The notes under the pieces: model-generated
The model's input: only the letters and a program-made list of their open reading frames with translations
What the model was told of the DNA's origin: nothing
Database searches by the model: none
Assembly (NCBI GenBank): GCA_040235515.1
Contig: JBECKX010000110.1
Location: 1-20,475, forward strand
Direction of reading: 5' to 3'
Source: Candidatus Zixiibacteriota bacterium
GTDB taxonomy: Bacteria > Zixibacteria > MSB-5A5 > CAIYYT01
DNA: 20,475 bases
In this document: positions 1-5,816 of the stretch, piece by piece
How positions within the stretch are numbered: the first letter of the stretch is position 1
Layout: each line of letters begins with the position of its first letter
Translations under genes and position numbers: made by a program

Positions 1-337
1 CCGCGTTGGGGAAGTAGTAGTCTGTCGCTATCAGCGAAAAGCTAACCCCGCTTGAAGCCTCAATGGTGTAGCTGAGCCAAAAATCGATCTCGTCGCTGCC
101 ATAAGCTTCATTCGAGAGCGTATACGCCCCCCAGGCACCAAACTCCAGACCTGCATACGCGATCGAGAGGGAAGGTTGAATTGAGGGGGAGTTGGCGATA
201 TCGAGTCCACGCCAGACGTAGCGATTGTAAATATCGACTCCGGAACTAACCTCAACCTGCTGCTCTGCCGCAGTAGCGCCAGAGAGCATCACGAGAAGTG
301 CGATCAGCAGGCCGACTGTGAAAACCAATTTATTCAT
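1..337 (-). CDS. TorF/Gcw_chp-like putative outer-membrane porin (partial, runs off the left edge; not in the ORF track)
   Basis: Manual translation from ATG at 337 (GAGGT upstream; alternative in-frame ATG at 349) is open to position 1: MNKLVFTVGLLIALLVMLSGATAAEQQVEVSSGVDIYNRYVWRGLDIANSPSIQPSLSIAYAGLEFGAWGAYTLSNEAYGSDEIDFWLSYTIEASSGVSFSLIATDYYFPNA. It has a Sec signal peptide (ATA|A), then YVWRG, P-x-x-Q-P, G-x-W, EID-x4-Y and DYYFP motifs with amphipathic beta-strands. It lies 19 nt downstream of amt, a common context for this family. Confidence 0.78.
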   Translation of the reverse strand, partial: MNKLVFTVGLLIALLVMLSGATAAEQQVEVSSGVDIYNRYVWRGLDIANSPSIQPSLSIAYAGLEFGAWGAYTLSNEAYGSDEIDFWLSYTIEASSGVSFSLIATDYYFPNA

Positions 338-356
338 GACCAACCTCATTTTCCTG

Positions 357-1562
357 TTAGTGGAGGTAAGCTGATTCACCATGGAGTGATTCATCGAGCG
401 TTGTTTCCTCCACCTCGGAGGTCCGAACTCGCGCGACCTTATTTATCAGCCACAACATCACATAAGTGAAGAGGAACGCATAGACCGAGGAGACCAGGAC
501 GCCGACAAGTTCTTTGACAAAGAAATCGCCGCCTCCGAAGAATAGTCCATCGGCTCCGTTCGGGTTCACGACGGTGGACCCCAGCAATCCCAGCATGATG
601 ATGCCAAGCGCGCCACCGACCCCGTGGACTCCCCAGACGTCGAGGGCGTCATCCCAGTGAAGTTTGTTTTTCAGGCTGACGGCGGCGTAGCAGATGATGC
701 CGGCGGAAAGCCCGATCAGGGCAGCCGAGGAAGTCGAGACATAGGCAGCTGCGGGGGTGATCGTTGCCAGGCCGGCGACAGCACCTGTCAGCAGACCGAC
801 GAACTTCGGTTTCTTAACAAGCGTCCATTCGAGGAAGAGCCAGGAGATCGCAGCGAAGGAGGCGGCAACGTCCGTGTTTACGAATGCGAGGGCGGTAATC
901 GAATCAACCTGCAATTCGCTGCCGGCGTTGAAGCCGTACCAACCGAACCAGAGTAAACCGGTTCCCAGCGCCACGAGGGGAATGCTGTGCGGACCCTGCT
1001 CGGCGACTCTTCGTCTCCCGACAAACAGCACCGATGCCAGCGCTGCCATACCGGCGATGTTGTGGACGGCGATTCCGCCCGCGAAGTCGAGGACTCCCCA
1101 TTCTGCCAACAAGCCGCCGCCCCAGATCATGTGCACGAAGGGGAAGTAGACTAATAGCAGCCACGCGACCAGGAACACCAGGTAGGCGGGGAAGCGGACG
1201 CGGTTCGAGAATGCCCCGGTAATGAGCGCCGGCGTGATGATCGCAAACATCATCTGGTAGGCGAAGAAGACCAGCATCGGAATCTGTCCATCGCCGAATG
1301 CGGTCATCGGATCTACCCCTTTCAGAAACGCCATGTCGAGATTACCGATGATCCCGCCCTCCCCGCCGCTGAAGCAGAGGGAGAACCCGACGGCGTACCA
1401 GAGGATGGTCGTGACCCCCATCGAAACGAAGCTCTGAATCATGATCGAAAGGACATTTTTGCGACCGACCAGGCCGCCATAGAAGAATGCCAGTCCCGGG
1501 GTCATCAACATCACCAAGCTTGTGGCTACGAGCATGAACCCCGTATTTCCAGTGTCGAACAT
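357..1562 (-). CDS. amtB: Ammonium transporter, Amt/Mep family
   Basis: 401 aa, about 11 TM segments. Motifs LMTPGLAFFYGG, YQMMFAIIT, HMIWGGG, DFAGGIAVH (first His), LWFGWYGFNAGS, DDALDVWGVHGVGG (second His) and C-terminal LDESLHGESAY. Strong SD AGGAGGT at 1568-1574. Confidence 0.97.
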   Translation of the reverse strand: MFDTGNTGFMLVATSLVMLMTPGLAFFYGGLVGRKNVLSIMIQSFVSMGVTTILWYAVGFSLCFSGGEGGIIGNLDMAFLKGVDPMTAFGDGQIPMLVFFAYQMMFAIITPALITGAFSNRVRFPAYLVFLVAWLLLVYFPFVHMIWGGGLLAEWGVLDFAGGIAVHNIAGMAALASVLFVGRRRVAEQGPHSIPLVALGTGLLWFGWYGFNAGSELQVDSITALAFVNTDVAASFAAISWLFLEWTLVKKPKFVGLLTGAVAGLATITPAAAYVSTSSAALIGLSAGIICYAAVSLKNKLHWDDALDVWGVHGVGGALGIIMLGLLGSTVVNPNGADGLFFGGGDFFVKELVGVLVSSVYAFLFTYVMLWLINKVARVRTSEVEETTLDESLHGESAYLH

Positions 1563-1586
1563 TACCTACCTCCTGTTGAATGCAGA

Positions 1587-1633
1587 ACAATATCAGCGGG
1601 AGAAACGGGGAGAAAAATAGGGATTATCCTGAT
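1587..1633 (-). promoter_or_regulatory. Putative amt promoter: extended -10 plus upstream palindromic activator site
   Basis: Minus strand TG-A-TATTGT (1587-1595) with only a poor -35 (TTTCTC, 1610-1615). Immediately upstream is the imperfect palindrome ATCAGGATAATCCCTAT (1617-1633; core GGAT-N-ATCC). Confidence 0.45.
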
Positions 1634-1708
1634 TCTCGGCTTCCAAATCCCTTAGCCTGAAATAGCGGAGTGAATTAGTCGAAAAGTGGGGTGAGGGAAG
1701 GCGAAAGG

Positions 1709-2356
1709 CTATTCGACCTGTGTTAGGCCTTCCCGAATAGCGTACTTGGTCAGTTCGGCGACGCTGTGAATATCGAGTTTGTCCATGATCTGTTTGCGAT
1801 GGGACTCAATCGTCTTCACACTGAGATTGAGTATTCCCGCCATATCTCTGGTGGTGCGACCCTCGGCGAGTAGCTGCAGCACTTCGCGTTCACGGCTTGT
1901 CAGCGGGGAAGAGCCGGCATCCTCACTCTCGCGGATACGGTCTACGTAGTCATGAAGCACGCGATCGCGAATCGCCGCGCTCAGGAAAATCTCACCCTTG
2001 CAGACGTCGCGGATCGCCTGGAACAATTCTGCGGCGGCGGCTTCCTTGAGGATGTATCCACTCGCACCGACTCGTAGTGATTCCTGCACGTAGCGAGTAT
2101 CCGCATGCATAGAAAGGATAATGATCTTAGTTGAGGGTGATTCTCGTAGTATCTGCCGGGCAGCGTCGATGCCATTCAGACGGGGCATCGAGATATCCAG
2201 CAGTACCAGATCTGGCTTTGTTGCCGCACAGAGTTCGACGGCTGCGATCCCATCCTGCGCGACTCCGACAACCTTGATCTCTTTCTGTCGCTCCAGCAGC
2301 GGACGAAGCCCGTCAATCAGCAGCTTATGGTCGTCGGCCAGCAATATTCTAACCAT
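1709..2356 (-). CDS. NarL/FixJ-family response regulator (REC + LuxR-type HTH)
   Basis: Likely start ATG at 2356 (MVRILLADDHKLL), 215 aa. Phosphoacceptor in LVLLDISMPRLNG, then LSMH and GYILK. HTH region LTSREREVLQLLAEG...SVKTIESHRKQIMDKL. The start overlaps the kinase stop by 8 nt. Confidence 0.95.
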   Translation of the reverse strand: MVRILLADDHKLLIDGLRPLLERQKEIKVVGVAQDGIAAVELCAATKPDLVLLDISMPRLNGIDAARQILRESPSTKIIILSMHADTRYVQESLRVGASGYILKEAAAAELFQAIRDVCKGEIFLSAAIRDRVLHDYVDRIRESEDAGSSPLTSREREVLQLLAEGRTTRDMAGILNLSVKTIESHRKQIMDKLDIHSVAELTKYAIREGLTQVE

Positions 2357-3131
2357 CGGAATACTCCGAAGAGCTGTCGTAGGGCGCTGAGATTGCGACC
2401 TCGGTACCGTGGCCCGGAGTCGAACTGATTTTGATTTCCCCGCCGATATAGGAGAGCCGCTCTCTGATCGAGAAGAGCCCGAAGCAACAGTCGTCGTAGA
2501 ATCCATCGTTAAAGGTCTTCGTGTCGAAACCAGTTCCGTTGTCCCTGACGACCACTTCAAACGTTCTCTCTCCCCAGGTTGCGGTAACTTCAACTTGAGA
2601 TGCTTCGGCGTGCTTGGCCGCATTGTTGATCAATTCCTGAACCGCTTTGAACATGAAGACACGGACATCCTCGGTCATTTGCGCCGGGGCGCCTCTCTGT
2701 TTGAAATGCACTTTGAAGCGGTAGCGCGACTCGTTTCGCTCGGCCAGCCATGCCAGCGCAGCCGGGAGTCCCAGCTCATAGAGGATTGGGGGGCTGATCT
2801 CGACAGTCAGATCGCGGGTGTATCGAATGGTTTGATCGAGGATTGAGAGGACTTCGGAGAAATCATTCTCCATACCTGAAAAGATCGAATTGCCCCGCAT
2901 CAAACTGACACGTTGGGAGACATACGCCAGCGCCTGACCGATATGGTCGTGCAGATCCGAGGCGATCTCGCGGCGCTCGCGGGCTTCCGCCAGCGAGAGT
3001 TCGGAGGCCAATCGCCGCAATTGTCTTTCGTAGGATTTGATCCGCCGCTCTATGACCTCGCGCGCTGCTTTGGAGTCTGCGGCATCGAGCGTGTGGAATT
3101 CCCGAGGCGTTGAGGATCGTTCGTCAGTCAT
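2349..3131 (-). CDS. Soluble HisKA_3/HATPase_c histidine kinase (NarX/UhpB-like core) with no recognisable input domain
   Basis: 260 aa. H-box ERREIASDLHDHIGQ, N-box QELINNAAKHA, G1 VRDNGTGFD, G2 FGLFSIRER, G3 PGHGT. No TM segment. An in-frame TGA lies directly before the ATG. Confidence 0.92.
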   Translation of the reverse strand: MTDERSSTPREFHTLDAADSKAAREVIERRIKSYERQLRRLASELSLAEARERREIASDLHDHIGQALAYVSQRVSLMRGNSIFSGMENDFSEVLSILDQTIRYTRDLTVEISPPILYELGLPAALAWLAERNESRYRFKVHFKQRGAPAQMTEDVRVFMFKAVQELINNAAKHAEASQVEVTATWGERTFEVVVRDNGTGFDTKTFNDGFYDDCCFGLFSIRERLSYIGGEIKISSTPGHGTEVAISAPYDSSSEYSDG

Positions 3132-3251
3132 TCATGACAAATATTGCTTATGATGTCCAAATATGCAAGACGCAGATTTCGGGCGGGGAACTCTAACTTG
3201 ACAAAGCAGTAAGGGCCGTTGCGGCTCTGAACTCGGTATCTAGCGGATCAC

Positions 3252-3310
3252 AGAAAAGAGAAGCCTCGCAACTGCTTACTCACCCGGAATATAAAACAGC
3301 GCGAGGCTTC
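3252..3310 (-). terminator. Probable intrinsic terminator downstream of bfr
   Basis: Perfect 10-bp inverted repeat GAAGCCTCGC (3260-3269) / GCGAGGCTTC (3301-3310) with further inner pairing, followed on the minus strand by TCTTTTCT. Confidence 0.6.
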
Positions 3311-3360
3311 GGCTTTACAACAACCCACTCAACTGTGAGCTGCCGGCGGGAAAGATCTTG

Positions 3361-3858
3361 TTAGTCGGCAGGGTTACCGGACGCCCGGTTCCTGCTGCGC
3401 TCCATCGACTGCAGCGCCAGGTACTTGTCACCGAATCGTTCCATCGCCTCCAGTTCGTTGCTGTATTGGTCCCAATGGCGTTCTTCGTCCAGTACGAGTT
3501 CTTCGAAGATTTTGGTAGATGCCGAATCGGCGTTGGCGCGACACTCATTCGCAAAATGATTGTAGTCCTTCGCGCTGGAGGCTTCCATCTCCTTTGCCCT
3601 GGTCAACATCTCAGCAACATCGGTGATCTGCGCCGGTGCTTCGGCAACCTCCATCTTGACATCTCCACCAAGGAATAGAATTCGCTCAGCCAGACGCTCG
3701 ACATGCAGCATTTCATCGATCGCGGTTCTCTTGAACAGCCCCGCGAGGATATCATAACCTTGATCGTCACAATGAAAATGGAAGTACATGTACTGGTGTA
3801 CCGCCGAGAGTTCATCCGCGACGGCACGGTTCAGCAATTCCTGACTCTTCTCGTGCAT
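3361..3858 (-). CDS. bfr: Bacterioferritin
   Basis: Start ATG at 3858 behind GGAGGAG, 165 aa. Ferroxidase ligands in ADELSAVHQY, DEMLHVERLAERILFL (E-M-x-H with the haem-ligand Met), EMEASS and DEERH. Confidence 0.92.
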   Translation of the reverse strand: MHEKSQELLNRAVADELSAVHQYMYFHFHCDDQGYDILAGLFKRTAIDEMLHVERLAERILFLGGDVKMEVAEAPAQITDVAEMLTRAKEMEASSAKDYNHFANECRANADSASTKIFEELVLDEERHWDQYSNELEAMERFGDKYLALQSMERSRNRASGNPAD

Positions 3859-3987
3859 AGTCTCCTCCATATCGTTAGCCTCCGTGGCACGATAACTGAT
3901 TTGATCGGACCGACGCAGGCTGCCAAAGATTCTGCGTATCGTGTCCTGGCAGGCGGCATTCACCATCCGCCGGAGTCCACTCGGACT

Positions 3988-4045
3988 AAATGCAGGACAA
4001 TTCCTATTTAGGAAAATAAATACAATAAGCGCGGTCCAGAGTCAA
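3988..4045 (-). promoter_or_regulatory. Putative bfr sigma70 promoter with overlapping AT-rich palindromes (candidate metalloregulator operator)
   Basis: Minus strand TTGACT (4040-4045), 17 nt, TATTTA (4017-4022). Just downstream are TTCCTA-TT-TAGGAA (4001-4014) and AGGA-CAAT-TCCT (3994-4005). Confidence 0.45.
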
Positions 4046-4133
4046 GCGAAAAGTAGAGAGTTTTGTTGCTTTTTGAGAGTGCTTATATCGCCTTCCGGTT
4101 CGGCTACGGCCAACGCGCGCTTGTAACAATTGG

Positions 4134-5528
4134 CTAGCGGCCGTGATTTTCTCTCATTCTGCCGCGCGCCAGCGAAGCAAAAACGCCCCCCAGGCAGAGC
4201 ACCGCGAAGACCGCAAACGCGACATGCATACTATTGATGTATGATCCCACACTCTCAGGGGTAACTTTGGCGCTGCCGAGATGGAGCGCCATGATCAGCA
4301 TGACGATTCCCATCGAGAACATCATACCGATCTGGCGTACGGTAGCGACCATTGCGCCGGCGATGCCATAGTAGCGCCGCTCGACAGAACTCATGATTGC
4401 ATTGGTATTCGGGGAGGAGAAGAGCCCGAAGCCGAGTCCCATCATGAGCAGGCAGGAAACGATATAAGTCATTGTTGTGTTGTTATTTACAAAGGCGAGC
4501 AAGGCGAGGCCCACGACATTGATCGCCATTCCGAGCGATGCGAGCGTGCGCGGTTCGATGCGGTCGGAGAGCCTGCCGGCGATCGGGGAGACGACAGCCT
4601 GCATAACAGGTTGAGATACCAGGACTATCCCGGCGAACTGCGGAGTCAGTCCTTTGGCGTTCTGGAGATAGATGCTCATCAGGAAACTGATCGCGAATGT
4701 GGCAGCGTAGTTGATCAGGGCTGCGAGGTTTGAGAACGCGAATGTGATATTGCGACGGAAGAGATCTATATTGAGCAGCGGGCTCTCGAGGCGCAGTTCA
4801 TAGCGGACGAATACCGCCATTCCGATCACACCCGTGACCAGCAATGCGATTGCCAGGTTGCCGGGGAGGGTTGAGAATCCGTACATCGCAGCCAGGAGTG
4901 AAACCATTAATATGATCGAGCCGATCGCGTCGAATCTGCTACCTCGCGCCTCTGCCCATTCACCCTTGAGTAGCGCGACGATAACCGCGACGAGGAAGAG
5001 ACCGAGAGGGAGGTTTAACCAGAAGATATAGCGCCAGCCGAGTTCGCCGGTTATCAGTCCGCCGATAAAGGGGCCGGTGGAAAGACCGAGGTAGACCGCT
5101 GCCACGGTCCAGCCGAGGGCGTTGCCGCGTTGTTCGGGAGGAACGACCGAGATCAGGATCGGCATACCGGTGGAGAACACCATCGCCGAGCCAACTCCCT
5201 GAAACACCCTGTAGATGAGGATCGCGGTCCCGGAAGGCGCCGTGGCGTTCAGCACGGATGCGGTTGTCAGTATGAGTACGCCGAGGGTGAAAATCTTTTT
5301 CCGTCCGATGATGTCGGCGAGCCTGCCGAATGGAATGAGCAGAGAGGCCGCGGCCAGGAGGTAGGCGGTGTTGATCCAGCCGAGGGTAACCGCGCTCAGC
5401 CCGAATTCGGCACCGATCGAGGGGAGCGCGACATTCACGGCGGAGGACATGAACGGGCCGATAAAGGAGGATAAAATCGCCACGGTGAGCGCGGCTTTGG
5501 TCGATGTGGTGGCTTCAGAGTCGGTCAT
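4134..5528 (-). CDS. MFS transporter, DHA2 (EmrB/QacA-like, 14-TMS) drug:H+ antiporter type
   Basis: 464 aa, hydrophobic. Motifs VNVALPSI, motif A GRLADIIGRKK, RVFQGVG, motif C GPFIGGLIT, WRYIFWLNLPLG and GRLSDRIEPR. Confidence 0.92.
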   Translation of the reverse strand: MTDSEATTSTKAALTVAILSSFIGPFMSSAVNVALPSIGAEFGLSAVTLGWINTAYLLAAASLLIPFGRLADIIGRKKIFTLGVLILTTASVLNATAPSGTAILIYRVFQGVGSAMVFSTGMPILISVVPPEQRGNALGWTVAAVYLGLSTGPFIGGLITGELGWRYIFWLNLPLGLFLVAVIVALLKGEWAEARGSRFDAIGSIILMVSLLAAMYGFSTLPGNLAIALLVTGVIGMAVFVRYELRLESPLLNIDLFRRNITFAFSNLAALINYAATFAISFLMSIYLQNAKGLTPQFAGIVLVSQPVMQAVVSPIAGRLSDRIEPRTLASLGMAINVVGLALLAFVNNNTTMTYIVSCLLMMGLGFGLFSSPNTNAIMSSVERRYYGIAGAMVATVRQIGMMFSMGIVMLIMALHLGSAKVTPESVGSYINSMHVAFAVFAVLCLGGVFASLARGRMRENHGR

Positions 5529-5727
5529 GTCAGCTAATCAACAGGAATAGTAGTATCTGAACAAGAGTCAATCTCAGCAGCAGCGGCGGGCCGCAATAGT
5601 GGACTTGCCTCAACAACTTTCTCGGTGCAATCGGATCAGGTATTGCCTATATTATACCGATCATCTCTAGATGGCGTTCTTACCACGGTTTAACGACGTT
5701 TCTCCCTTAACTGAATAGCGCTGAACT

Positions 5728-5780
5728 TCGTATTGAGTATAATATTCGGGAACGCAACGGCGCAAGTATCGTATTGAGTA
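5728..5780 (+). repeat. Perfect 12-bp direct repeat upstream of metH
   Basis: TCGTATTGAGTA at 5728-5739 and 5769-5780 (41-nt period). The first copy overlaps a TATAAT at 5738-5743. Confidence 0.7.
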
Positions 5781-5816
5781 AGCTGATAATGCAGGAAGTG
5801 GTGTGGCTCAGAGGTT

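Noticed and set aside
31..255. 74-aa minus-strand ORF from the ORF track
   Set aside because: It is an alternate frame inside the TorF-like gene, which has the SD, signal peptide and family motifs.
2357..2623. 89-aa N-terminal extension of the response regulator
   Set aside because: It overlaps the kinase ATPase domain in another frame. The REC domain begins exactly at ATG 2356.
3132..3360. Frameshifted or pseudogenised sensor domain upstream of the kinase
   Set aside because: The gap is only 229 nt, contains a terminator-like hairpin, and shows no PAS, GAF or TM-like reading frame that I can see. An in-frame TGA directly precedes the ATG.
3859..3966. 36-aa N-terminal extension of bacterioferritin
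   Set aside because: A strong GGAGGAG SD precedes ATG 3858, and family similarity starts there.
5550..5675. Possible SAM-I riboswitch upstream of metH (fragments GGACTTGCC, CAACAAC, GGTGCAATC)
   Set aside because: It lacks the ATCnAGAG...GAGGGA core, GCAACC and a consistent P1 helix. An Rfam scan would settle it.
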